Below, piece by piece: positions 26,612 to 35,652 of a DNA stretch of 44,845 nucleotides. Made by a program: the position numbers and the translations under genes. The stretch is from Clostridia bacterium. GTDB lineage: Bacteria > Bacillota > Clostridia > Oscillospirales > CAG-272. Each line of letters opens with the position of its first letter. Position 1 is the stretch's first letter. Location of the stretch: assembly GCA_017628075.1 (NCBI GenBank), contig JAGBZV010000049.1:1-44845 (forward strand), written 5' to 3'. The notes under the pieces were generated by a model. That model did no database searches and was not told the origin of the DNA. It was given only the letters and a program-made list of their open reading frames with translations.

Positions 26612-27094
26612 ATGAATATCAGAATTGGTCACGGATATGACGTGCACCGTCTTGTTGAAGGCAGGGCACTGGTTTTGGGCGGGGTGTCTATTGCGCACAC
26701 GCACGGCCTGCTTGGACATTCTGATGCCGACGTGCTGACACACGCTGTCATGGATGCGGTGCTTGGCGCTGCAGCACTGGGAGATATTGGTCGTCATTTC
26801 CCGGATACGGACGAAAAATACGCCGGAGCGGACAGCCTTGTGCTTGCGGAGCAGGTATGTGCACTTCTTGCATCGCACGGATTTTCGGTTGGAAATATCG
26901 ATGCAACGGTCATAGCACAAAGGCCGAAGCTGGCACCTTATATGGAGCAGATGCGGCAGAATTTGGCGCGTGTCTTCGGTGTTGCACCCGATGCCGTCAA
27001 CGTCAAGGCAACGACAGAGGAATCGCTTGGCTTTACCGGAAGCGGAGAGGGCATTGCCGCACATGCAGTTGCGCTGATTACGGCAAACGCATAA
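26612..27094 (+). CDS. ispF: 2-C-methyl-D-erythritol 2,4-cyclodiphosphate synthase
   Basis: [66 protein letters not shown] is the canonical IspF sequence. ATG at 26612 follows AGGGAAGAG. The longer track ORF (from 26438) overlaps the ABC gene and is not supported. Confidence 0.95.
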   Translation: MNIRIGHGYDVHRLVEGRALVLGGVSIAHTHGLLGHSDADVLTHAVMDAVLGAAALGDIGRHFPDTDEKYAGADSLVLAEQVCALLASHGFSVGNIDATVIAQRPKLAPYMEQMRQNLARVFGVAPDAVNVKATTEESLGFTGSGEGIAAHAVALITANA

Positions 27095-27108
27095 TATACA
27101 ATCAAGGG

Positions 27109-27142
27109 AAGCCTGCCGGCGGATTTTTCGGCAGGCTTTTTT
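27109..27142 (+). terminator. Rho-independent terminator after ispF
   Basis: AAGCCTGCCG / CGGCAGGCTT stem followed by TTTT. Confidence 0.8.
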
Positions 27143-27231
27143 AGTGAAGCGTCTGTTTGTTCATGAAAAATTCATGTTTATATGATATACTGTTTGCAGC
27201 GGAAATGAATGCGGAAAGGGGTGCGCCGGAT

Positions 27232-28020
27232 ATGCTGCTCGCAATTCATATAGGAAATGCCCGAATCTCACTTGGTGTTACAGACCTTGTGGGGGAACGC
27301 GGACTTTTGTTTTGTGCAGCCTGCTCTGCTGCGAACGACAGAACGGCCGATGAATACGCCGTTTGGTTGGGGCAGATCTTTGCGCTCCATACGTTTGCCC
27401 CTGCGCAGATCACCGGTCTGATCGTGTCCTCCGTGGTGCCCTCTCTGACAGATACGATCTGCAGTGCAGCAGCGCGCCTGATATCTGTCCCCCCGAAAAT
27501 CGTCGGAAGCGGAATGAAGACCGGTCTTCGTATCCGTATTGAGAATCCGGCACAGCTTGGTGCAGATCTCGTTTCCTTGGCGGTCGGAGCCTCCGACCGG
27601 ATCGTGGATTCGCGCCCGTGTGTGATCGTATCCTTCGATGCCGCAACTGCGCTGACGGTGCTTTCCTCGCCGGACGAGGTCGCGGGTGCCGTGATTATGC
27701 CCGGACTTTTAAGCTCTGCACGTGCGCTTGAGCGTGACGCCGCGCTTTTAACGGAGATCTCTCTGGAGCTGCCGCGCCGCGTGATCGGCCGGAATACGCA
27801 GGATGCTCTGCGCGCAGGGCTTCTCTACGGTGCTGTCGCACAGGTTGACGGTCTGATCGATCGTATCGCGGAGGAGCTTGGCACCGCTCCGGAGGCGCTT
27901 TGGCTGTTTGCGTGCGGTATGTATGCCGAGCGGATCGCCCCGCTTTGTAGACATCGCTTTGCACTCGTGCCTCATCTGCTTTTCGAAGGGCTTGCGGCCC
28001 TTTACCGCAAAAATTGCTGA
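27232..28020 (+). CDS. coaX: Type III pantothenate kinase
   Basis: MLLAIHIGNARISLGV, QLGADLVSLAVGA, VIVSFDAATALTVL, GAVIMPGL and GRNTQDALRAGLLYG follow the CoaX (ASKHA fold) motif order. ATG at 27232 follows GAAAGGGG. Confidence 0.82.
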   Translation: MLLAIHIGNARISLGVTDLVGERGLLFCAACSAANDRTADEYAVWLGQIFALHTFAPAQITGLIVSSVVPSLTDTICSAAARLISVPPKIVGSGMKTGLRIRIENPAQLGADLVSLAVGASDRIVDSRPCVIVSFDAATALTVLSSPDEVAGAVIMPGLLSSARALERDAALLTEISLELPRRVIGRNTQDALRAGLLYGAVAQVDGLIDRIAEELGTAPEALWLFACGMYAERIAPLCRHRFALVPHLLFEGLAALYRKNC

Positions 28021-28113
28021 ACCCGATCAAGCTGCGGCCCAGCCGCATTTGAAATATAATCATGCCGCACTGTATTCGCCATGCGCGAAACGGCAGCGGA
28101 AAGGAGCTTTCTC

Positions 28114-28749
28114 ATGGCAACGCAAAACACATCCCGCACACGTCAGATGGTACAGTTGGCCATACTGACCGCAATCACTCTCATCCTTTCGTTCACTCCA
28201 CTCGGCTACCTTCGCATCGGAATCCTCTCCATTACGTTTATTCCGGTTCCCGTCGTGATCGGTGCGATCCTTCTCGGACCGGGCGGCGGTCTGTTCCTGG
28301 GCTGTGTATTCGGTCTGACGTCGTTTGCACAGTGCTTCGGCATGGATCCGTTCGGCACTGCGCTGATGTCGCTCAACCCGGGTGCGACCTTTGTTATGTG
28401 CGTGCTTTCCCGCGCTCTGATGGGACTTTTGTCTGCGTACGTGTACCGTCTGCTCTCCGGCGTGCTGTCCAAGGCGCAGCGCGGTGGAAAAAACCGTATG
28501 ACGCCGGTGGCGTATGCCGTTGCAAGTGCATCCGCGCCGCTGTTCAACACGCTGTTCTTTATGTCACTTCTGTATCTGTTTTTCAACGATGCACAAGTGG
28601 TCCTGGAGGGCATCGGTGATCTTCCGTTCTTTGCATTCGTATTCAGCGCAGGTGCTATCAACGCAGTCTGTGAGCTGCTTGCATCGCTTGTGATTGGCAC
28701 AGCCGTCTGTATGGCGCTTGACCGTGCGCGTATGATGCGTCGTTTTTGA
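28114..28749 (+). CDS. ECF transporter S component (substrate-binding membrane subunit); pantothenate is suggested by context only
   Basis: 211 aa with about 6 TM segments. The N-terminus TRQMVQLAILTAITLILSFTPLGYLRIGILSITFIPVPVVIGAILLGP is typical of S components. ATG at 28114 follows AAAGGAG. Confidence 0.7.
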   Translation: MATQNTSRTRQMVQLAILTAITLILSFTPLGYLRIGILSITFIPVPVVIGAILLGPGGGLFLGCVFGLTSFAQCFGMDPFGTALMSLNPGATFVMCVLSRALMGLLSAYVYRLLSGVLSKAQRGGKNRMTPVAYAVASASAPLFNTLFFMSLLYLFFNDAQVVLEGIGDLPFFAFVFSAGAINAVCELLASLVIGTAVCMALDRARMMRRF

Positions 28750-28787
28750 CCGATTTTCCGTCCGAATCCCATCTGTAGTTCCTTGCC

Positions 28788-28828
28788 GGATGGAGCAGGC
28801 TTTTTCGCTTGCTCCATCCTTTTCTTTT
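28788..28828 (+). terminator. Rho-independent terminator after the ECF S-component gene
   Basis: GGATGGAGCA / TGCTCCATCC stem followed by TTTTCTTTT. Confidence 0.8.
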
Positions 28829-28886
28829 GTTCACAGAAGATTTACGATTTTCAGCGAAAAAAAAGACGAATTGATACAAAAAGGAT

Positions 28887-28915
28887 TTGAAAAATCCGAA
28901 GATTTGTGATACAAT
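28887..28915 (+). promoter_or_regulatory. Sigma-A promoter of cdaA-cdaR
   Basis: TTGAAA (28887-28892), a 17-nt spacer, then TGaTACAAT (TACAAT 28910-28915). Confidence 0.65.
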
Positions 28916-29003
28916 ATTATAATAAGTATACGTATCGAAAATTCCCGTCGGGTGAAGTGACAGGTGCACGGCGTCCGGCTTGATATAGAGAGGTTCTGCA
29001 GCT

Positions 29004-29852
29004 ATGAGCACATGGATTTCCAACACATTGACGTTTATATGGCAAACATTGAGAACCATCGCAATTACCGATCTCCTGGATATCGCTCTCGTATCGGTCA
29101 TGCTCTTTTTTGCATTCCGATTCATCAGAGAACGGCGCGCAGGAAAGCTTGCACTCGGTATTGTGCTGCTATTTATCATAATGGTCGTCAGCGAAACGCT
29201 GGATATGTACGTCACGCGCTATCTCCTGCAAAACATCTTTCAGGTCGGTATTATCGTCGTGATCGTGCTCTTTCAGCCGGAGATTCGGTCTGCGCTGGAG
29301 AAGATCGGCGGCGAGCCCTTTAAGTCCATCCGCGGCATCGGAGATCAGCGCGACTCTACGGAAACGCTGGGCGTCATTCGTGAGGTGTGCGAGGCGTGCA
29401 CGGATCTGGCACGGCAGAAGACAGGTGCACTTCTCGTTTTTGAGCGCACCACGAAGCTGGGCGACATCATCAAAACCGGTACTGTGATCAACGCGGACGT
29501 GTCCTCGTTTTTGCTCAAGAACATATTTTTTAATAAGGCCCCGCTTCACGACGGTGCAACCGTGATCTCGGGAAACCGGATTCACTCCGCAGGCTGCTTT
29601 TTGCCGCTTTCGCTCAATGACAATATCATCAAGGATCTTGGTACGCGCCATCGCGCCGGAATCGGCATGAGTGAAAATTCCGATGCGGTCGTTGTGATCG
29701 TATCGGAGGAAACGGGCACGATCTCCGTTGCCGTGGACGGCAAGCTCAAGCGCGGCTACGACGCAAGCACGCTTGTCGCGGAGCTGGAGAGCCTGCTGAT
29801 TACCGATAATCTGTACAAAAAGATCAAGAACCGCCGCAATTCCAAGAAGTGA
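29004..29852 (+). CDS. cdaA: Diadenylate cyclase CdaA (c-di-AMP synthase, membrane-anchored DAC domain)
   Basis: Three N-terminal TM helices, then TGALLVFERTTKLGDIIKTG...APLHDGATVISGNRIHSAGCFLPLS...LGTRHRAGIGMSENSDAVVVIVSEETG, with the DGA and RHR DAC motifs. Confidence 0.93.
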   Translation: MSTWISNTLTFIWQTLRTIAITDLLDIALVSVMLFFAFRFIRERRAGKLALGIVLLFIIMVVSETLDMYVTRYLLQNIFQVGIIVVIVLFQPEIRSALEKIGGEPFKSIRGIGDQRDSTETLGVIREVCEACTDLARQKTGALLVFERTTKLGDIIKTGTVINADVSSFLLKNIFFNKAPLHDGATVISGNRIHSAGCFLPLSLNDNIIKDLGTRHRAGIGMSENSDAVVVIVSEETGTISVAVDGKLKRGYDASTLVAELESLLITDNLYKKIKNRRNSKK

Positions 29853-29872
29853 TCCAGACGAAGGAGAACGCT

Positions 29873-31177
29873 ATGCTTACAATCAATGAACGCATGAAGG
29901 ACCTGTCTGCCCAGACGGGCGGTCCCGGGAAAAATAACGTCAGCCGCGATACGGCACTGACTATGGTGCTCTGCGTATGTGCTGCAATCTGTATTTGGTT
30001 TTACGTTATGAGCATCGACTCCCCCACCTCCTCGCAGGTATATAGCTCAGTGTCGGTTTCCATTCAGAACAACCGTGATCTTTCAACAGATCTGCCGCTG
30101 ACGCCGATCTCCGGAAACGGAAGCGTGATTGAGGTCACGCTCAAGGGCAGAAAGACCGTGCTCAATAATTTGCGCGCTGAGGATATCACGGCGTACGTTG
30201 ACGTCAGCGGAGCAAAGTCCTCGGGCAAGAACGTCTATCCCGTGGTCGTTGAGGCTCCTGACGGAACCGTGATCGAGGATTATTATCCCAAGGAGATCAC
30301 GGTATATATGGATAAGCGCTCGGTGGTAAACGTTCCGGTCGAGGCGTACCTCAGCCAATACAGCATTATGACAGGGTATACCGTTAACCTTGCGTCCCCG
30401 ACGCTTTCCGTTGATACAATCCAGGTCTGGGGACCGGAGTCTGAGCTTTCCAAGATTTCCTGTGCGCGCCTTTCGATCTCCCCCGGTATCATTACCAATT
30501 CCTTCTCGGGCACAGGCGAGCTTGTATTGCTCGATGGAAACGGCGCAGAGATCAACGACCGCTACCTGACGCTGTCGCACAGAGAGGCGACTGCAAAATT
30601 CTACGTATATACGACCAAGACCGTTGCGCTGAACGTGGCCTATAAGTATGGCTTTTTTGCGGAAAACGGTACGCAGGTGACCGTTTTGCCGCAGACGGTG
30701 GTGGTGCGAGGCACGGTAGAGGCCCTCAACGACCTGCAATCGATCACGGTTACAACGATCGACGAAACCAAGATTACAGAGGACGGCGTGCATGCCCTTG
30801 ATCTCAATCTTCCCGACGGCGTAACACTCGTGAACCCCGATGCGTCTCAGGCGGTTTCCATTCGGATCCGCTTCACCAATGCGATTCTGTCGAAGGTCCG
30901 TGTTTCCACGTCCGACGTACAGATCGTCAACGTGCCTGATGGAAAGACGGTTGAGATCCTCGACGATATGCTCACCATATCTGCAAGAGGTATCTTCGGC
31001 TCTATCATGAATCTGCGCGAAACGGATTTCGAAATTGTAGCGGATGCCTCTGCCGCTGTCAATAACGGAGATCAGTACGTTTCTGTTTCCGTGGCAATCA
31101 AGCAGGGTAATTCTGCACAGCTGTATCCGGTCGGCGACTATTCTCTGCAGATCCGTGTGTCGGATGTCCAGCAGTAA
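29873..31177 (+). CDS. cdaR: CdaR (YbbR domain-containing regulator of CdaA)
   Basis: One N-terminal TM anchor and repeated beta-rich YbbR-like modules, directly downstream of cdaA. I prefer the ATG at 29873 after GAAGGAGAA over the GTG at 29849. Confidence 0.8.
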   Translation: MLTINERMKDLSAQTGGPGKNNVSRDTALTMVLCVCAAICIWFYVMSIDSPTSSQVYSSVSVSIQNNRDLSTDLPLTPISGNGSVIEVTLKGRKTVLNNLRAEDITAYVDVSGAKSSGKNVYPVVVEAPDGTVIEDYYPKEITVYMDKRSVVNVPVEAYLSQYSIMTGYTVNLASPTLSVDTIQVWGPESELSKISCARLSISPGIITNSFSGTGELVLLDGNGAEINDRYLTLSHREATAKFYVYTTKTVALNVAYKYGFFAENGTQVTVLPQTVVVRGTVEALNDLQSITVTTIDETKITEDGVHALDLNLPDGVTLVNPDASQAVSIRIRFTNAILSKVRVSTSDVQIVNVPDGKTVEILDDMLTISARGIFGSIMNLRETDFEIVADASAAVNNGDQYVSVSVAIKQGNSAQLYPVGDYSLQIRVSDVQQ

Positions 31178-31189
31178 GGGGTCGCCTGC

Positions 31190-32887
31190 ATGAAAGCAAA
31201 CCAGCCGAGGCAGTTTCTCGTCCGTGACGTGCGCTTGCCGTATACTGCCGCCGAGCAGGACGTGCTTGAACGTGCAAAGCAGGTCTTCTGCCGTGCAGTC
31301 AAGGGCGGGGAAGTACAGATAACGGAAGCTGCGCTCTACAAAACCTCAGTAGATGCAAGAAAAAAGCCGGACGTGCAGACCGTCAGTACCGTTCTTTTGC
31401 ACGTGAACTGCACGGAACGGCAGGAAAAGACCGTACTTTCGCGCGAGCCGCGCATCACGCCGTTCGATCCCGGCTCGTTTTCGACGGAGCATGGGGATGA
31501 GCCGCTTGAGGGCCGTCCTGTGATTGTAGGCTTTGGCCCGGCGGGAATGTTCTGCGCGCTATGTCTGTGTGAGAACGGCTTTGTCGGTGACCGCGCTCCG
31601 ATCATCGTGGAGCGTGGGGATGACGTTGAGGCGCGTGCTGCTGCACTCAGACGCTTTTATCTGACAAAGCAGCTTGATCCATCCTCCAATATACAGTTCG
31701 GTGCCGGCGGTGCCGGTACCTTTTCTGACGGAAAGCTTGTCACGCGTGTCGGTGATCCGAAATGCGGCTGGATCTTGCGCCGCTTTGTGGAATTCGGAGC
31801 ACCCGAGGAGATCCTCGTCCGTGCAAAGCCGCACGTAGGGACGGATATTCTGCTCCGTGTGGTTGCCAATATCCGCGAGCATTTGCGTGCGCATGGCTGT
31901 GAGTTCCGCTTTCGCTGTACCGTGCGCGATCTTCGGCTAACGATGCGCGCCGGCGGCAGACACGTAACGTCCGTGCTTACGGACGACGGAGAAATCCCGT
32001 GCGGACTTCTGGTGCTTGCACCGGGGCACAGCGCACGCGATACGTACCGGATGCTTCTCGATCATGGGCTCGACGTACAGCCCAAGCCATTTTCCGTTGG
32101 CGTTCGCATCGAGCATCTGCAATCCGATCTGAACGTGGCCGCTTATGGTGACGCTGCACGCGATACGCTTGCCTGCGGTGCGGTTGGGAAGGCCGTTTTG
32201 CTCCCGCCTGCGGAATATACCGTTTCGCACAGGCCGAAGCCGACGGCAGACGATCCCGATCCGCGCGGGGTATATTCCTTTTGTATGTGTCCGGGCGGAG
32301 AGGTTATGGCCGCCGCAAGCGAGGAGGGCGGTGTCGTTGTCAACGGTATGAGCCGTTCTGCGCGTGACGGCCGCAACGCCAACGCCGCACTTGCCGTATC
32401 CGTCAGAACCTCTGATTACGGTGCAGATCCGATGGCGGCCATTGCGTATCAGCGCACGCTGGAGCGTGCTGCGTTCGGGGTGGGCGGCGGTGACTACCGC
32501 GCTCCCTGTCAGACCGTCGGTGATTTTCTCAACGGAACGAGCGGAGCTGAGCCGAGCCGTGTTCTTCCGACCTATATGGATGGCCACGTTTGCATGACCG
32601 ATCTGCATCAGATCCTGCCGGGCTTCGTTACGTCGCTTCTTGCCGACGGCCTCCGCCGCTTTGAGCGGCAGTATCCGGGCTTTTCCGCTCCGCACGCCCT
32701 GCTGACGGGTGTGGAAACACGAACCTCGGCACCGGTCAGAATCGTGCGCGGGGAAACGTTTTTGGCGTATGGAACGGAAAATCTGTACCCCATAGGAGAG
32801 GGTGCAGGCTATGCCGGCGGCATTACAAGTGCCGCCCTCGACGGCTTGAACGCCGCGCTGTGCATCCTTGCACGCTGGCGGACGTGA
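31190..32887 (+). CDS. FAD-dependent oxidoreductase of unknown function (COG2509-like)
   Basis: VIVGFGPAGMFCALCL dinucleotide-binding motif, then GAGGAGTFSDGKLVTR and a C-terminal GEGAGYAGGITSAALDG motif typical of this uncharacterised flavoprotein family. Confidence 0.75.
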   Translation: MKANQPRQFLVRDVRLPYTAAEQDVLERAKQVFCRAVKGGEVQITEAALYKTSVDARKKPDVQTVSTVLLHVNCTERQEKTVLSREPRITPFDPGSFSTEHGDEPLEGRPVIVGFGPAGMFCALCLCENGFVGDRAPIIVERGDDVEARAAALRRFYLTKQLDPSSNIQFGAGGAGTFSDGKLVTRVGDPKCGWILRRFVEFGAPEEILVRAKPHVGTDILLRVVANIREHLRAHGCEFRFRCTVRDLRLTMRAGGRHVTSVLTDDGEIPCGLLVLAPGHSARDTYRMLLDHGLDVQPKPFSVGVRIEHLQSDLNVAAYGDAARDTLACGAVGKAVLLPPAEYTVSHRPKPTADDPDPRGVYSFCMCPGGEVMAAASEEGGVVVNGMSRSARDGRNANAALAVSVRTSDYGADPMAAIAYQRTLERAAFGVGGGDYRAPCQTVGDFLNGTSGAEPSRVLPTYMDGHVCMTDLHQILPGFVTSLLADGLRRFERQYPGFSAPHALLTGVETRTSAPVRIVRGETFLAYGTENLYPIGEGAGYAGGITSAALDGLNAALCILARWRT

Positions 32888-32941
32888 GCACTGTGTCCTG
32901 ATATGAAATACGAACAGAATGAGATGAGGTGAGTGTCTGCC

Positions 32942-33430
32942 ATGCGGCAAACAGGAGTAGTGATCGCGCGTTCTGACCGTCATGCGGTCGTGGAGGTGCG
33001 AAGAATGTCCGCATGTGCGGGATGCCACAAGGCCGATGCCGGGAGGTCTTTGACGGACGACGCGGGTACCGCGTCTGCGCTTCACACCGACGTGTGCGCA
33101 GACTGTCAGATGTTTCCCGTTGCAGCAGAGCTGTCTGTAACAGCACGCAATGAGATCGGAGCGGAGATCGGGGACAGAGTCGTGATCGAATCCTCGACGC
33201 AATTGATCCTCGGCTATGCTGCTGCCGTTTTTTTCCTGCCCCTGCTTCTTGCCCTTATCTGCGGATTGGCTGTGGCACTTTGGATTTTTCCGGGTGTTCC
33301 CACTGCAGCATTTCTCGGTGCAGCCGGTGGTTTTGCCGCCGCATTTGTTATCGACAAAAAAATCGTTGACCGCAGTGCAAAGGAAAAGACGGTGTATACC
33401 GTTATCAAAAGGCTCACGAAAGGACTCTGA
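32942..33430 (+). CDS. RseC/MucC (SoxR-reducing system) family membrane protein
   Basis: MRQTGVVIARSDRHAVVEVRRMSACAGC N-terminal OB-like part with a Cys pair, then two C-terminal TM helices. ATG at 32942 follows GAGGTGAG. Confidence 0.65.
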   Translation: MRQTGVVIARSDRHAVVEVRRMSACAGCHKADAGRSLTDDAGTASALHTDVCADCQMFPVAAELSVTARNEIGAEIGDRVVIESSTQLILGYAAAVFFLPLLLALICGLAVALWIFPGVPTAAFLGAAGGFAAAFVIDKKIVDRSAKEKTVYTVIKRLTKGL

Positions 33431-33438
33431 GTGCCCGC

Positions 33439-35628
33439 ATGACATCTCATACCAAAACATGGAAGCTGCAGACACAAGACGAGCGTGCAATCGCCGCGCT
33501 CTGTGCCGCACTGGATATTCTTCCCATTACAGCCCGTCTTTTGTATAATCGCGGCTATTGCGATCCGGATAGCGCGGGAGCCTTTCTGCGAAAGGAATCG
33601 GGTGTCTTCCACGATCCGTTCCTTCTGACGGATATGGAGCGTGCTGCAGTACGGATCCGCAATGCCATCGAGCACGGAGAGCGTATTACGGTCTATGGGG
33701 ACTACGACGCAGACGGCGTTACGGCAACAACGATTTTATATTTGTATCTGTCCTCACAGGGGGCAGATGTTCGGTATTATATTCCCGGCCGCTTTGATGA
33801 GGGCTACGGTCTGAACAGCGACGCCGTGGAGCGTCTTGCGGCAGACGGCACGACCTTGATCGTGACCGTGGATACCGGCGTGACTGCCATTGCGGAGGTC
33901 GCATTGGCTCGTTTGCGCGGAATGGACGTCATCATAACGGACCATCATGCCTGCAGACCGGAGCTTCCGGATTGCACGGCGGTTATCAACCCGCACAGGG
34001 AGGGAGATCGTTATCCCTTCAAGGAGCTGGCAGGTGTCGGCGTGGCATTTAAGCTGATTTGTGCGCTGGAATGCTTTGGAATCACAGACCTTGTTGCAAA
34101 ACGGGAGGCCATGCGCCGTTTGTGCGCGGAATATGCAGAATTTGCTGCCATTGGCACCATTGCCGACGTCATGCCGCTTCGTGATGAGAACCGATTGCTT
34201 GTCAACGTCGGGCTTGCACTTCTCAAACGGACGGACAAGCCGGGCATCCTTGCACTGATGGATGCCGCACAGCAGAATAGCGGCGCGGGCGCACAGGAGC
34301 CCTCCCGCTATCCGAAAAAACGAAAAATTACGGCGTCCTATATCAGCTTTACGATCGCACCGCGCATCAATGCCATTGGGCGCATTTATACCGCTGCACG
34401 GGCGGTTGAGCTGTTTTTGACGGATTCTCCGGAATATGCGGCGCGGCTTGCAAATGAGCTGTGTGATGCCAACCGCGAGCGGCAGGAAACGGAAAACCGC
34501 ATTGCCGCAGAGGCGTACGCGCAGGTTGAGAATGAGCACGATCTGTCGCGCGAGCATATTTTGGTTTTGGCAGGAGAGGGCTGGCATCACGGCGTGATCG
34601 GCATCGTTGCTTCCCGGGTGACGGAAAAATATCATCTGCCCTGTATTTTGTTTTCTTACGAAACGGAGGACGGCGTTCCTCGGCCAACCGACGAAGGAAA
34701 GGGATCCGGCCGATCGATCGACGGCTTTTGTATGATTGAAGCGCTTTGCGAATGTGAGGAGCTTTTGGTACGCTTCGGCGGACACGCTATGGCTGCCGGC
34801 CTGACGGTCACCCGAGAGAAGCTGCCCGCTTTCCGCGCCCGCATCGAGGCGTGTGCGGCACGCGCCTTTTCCGAAGGCGTTCCCGATCCGATCCTGCCGA
34901 TCGATTGCGATACTGCGTTTTCCGACGTTTGTCTTCGTACGGTAGAGGAGATCTATCTTCTGGAGCCGTTTGGCTGCGCCAATCCGCAGCCGCAGCTCTG
35001 CCTGCGCGGTGCGCGCATTGAGGACGTCAGCGCTTTGTCGCAGGGCAAGCATACACGGATCCTTCTTGCAAACCCGGAGGATGATGCGCAGACGCGGACT
35101 GCAATGGCGTTCGGTGTTCGGACGGAGCTGTTCCCGTTTGCCAAGGGGGACGTTGTCGACGTGGTTTATTCCATGGACGTCAACGAATTCCGCGGAGAGC
35201 GCACGGTGCAGATGCTGCTTTCCGACATCGTTCCGCATACGCCCGGGGAAACGGCAGAGGCGCGCCAGCAGCGTACGTATGCACGGCTCCTTGCGGGGAT
35301 CGCTGCAATTCCGGAGGAATGCGGCAGCGCGGACGCCGTTTTACCAACCAGAGAGGATTGCCGGGCGGTATGGCTTCTGCTGCGCGAAGCTGCTGCGGAA
35401 AAGGAAGGGACTGCCGTTACGTACCGCGCGCTGTCGTATCACAGCGGAATCGGGCAGTGCCGTGTCCGGATTATCTGTGATATGTTTGTCGACACGGGGC
35501 TGATTGTGCGTACGCGCAATACGGACGAGGGCTTTGTGTTCCGTGTGGCCCTGCCATCCGGACAAAAAATTGATCTGACCGCCGCACCGCAGATTCGTCA
35601 TCTGCGCCGTGTGTTTGGCCTCTTATAA
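33439..35628 (+). CDS. recJ: Single-stranded-DNA-specific exonuclease RecJ
   Basis: ITVYGDYDADGVTATTILYLYL, LIVTVDTG and VIITDHH (DHH motifs), plus a DHHA1 region (GGHAMAAG). Confidence 0.93.
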   Translation: MTSHTKTWKLQTQDERAIAALCAALDILPITARLLYNRGYCDPDSAGAFLRKESGVFHDPFLLTDMERAAVRIRNAIEHGERITVYGDYDADGVTATTILYLYLSSQGADVRYYIPGRFDEGYGLNSDAVERLAADGTTLIVTVDTGVTAIAEVALARLRGMDVIITDHHACRPELPDCTAVINPHREGDRYPFKELAGVGVAFKLICALECFGITDLVAKREAMRRLCAEYAEFAAIGTIADVMPLRDENRLLVNVGLALLKRTDKPGILALMDAAQQNSGAGAQEPSRYPKKRKITASYISFTIAPRINAIGRIYTAARAVELFLTDSPEYAARLANELCDANRERQETENRIAAEAYAQVENEHDLSREHILVLAGEGWHHGVIGIVASRVTEKYHLPCILFSYETEDGVPRPTDEGKGSGRSIDGFCMIEALCECEELLVRFGGHAMAAGLTVTREKLPAFRARIEACAARAFSEGVPDPILPIDCDTAFSDVCLRTVEEIYLLEPFGCANPQPQLCLRGARIEDVSALSQGKHTRILLANPEDDAQTRTAMAFGVRTELFPFAKGDVVDVVYSMDVNEFRGERTVQMLLSDIVPHTPGETAEARQQRTYARLLAGIAAIPEECGSADAVLPTREDCRAVWLLLREAAAEKEGTAVTYRALSYHSGIGQCRVRIICDMFVDTGLIVRTRNTDEGFVFRVALPSGQKIDLTAAPQIRHLRRVFGLL

Positions 35629-35652
35629 ATTTTCACCAAAGGAAACCACGCA

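Noticed and set aside
28021-28113. Possible vitamin riboswitch upstream of the ECF S-component
   Set aside because: The 93-nt spacer is too short for, and lacks the conserved cores of, FMN, TPP or THF riboswitches. The gene is probably co-transcribed with coaX or has a simple promoter.
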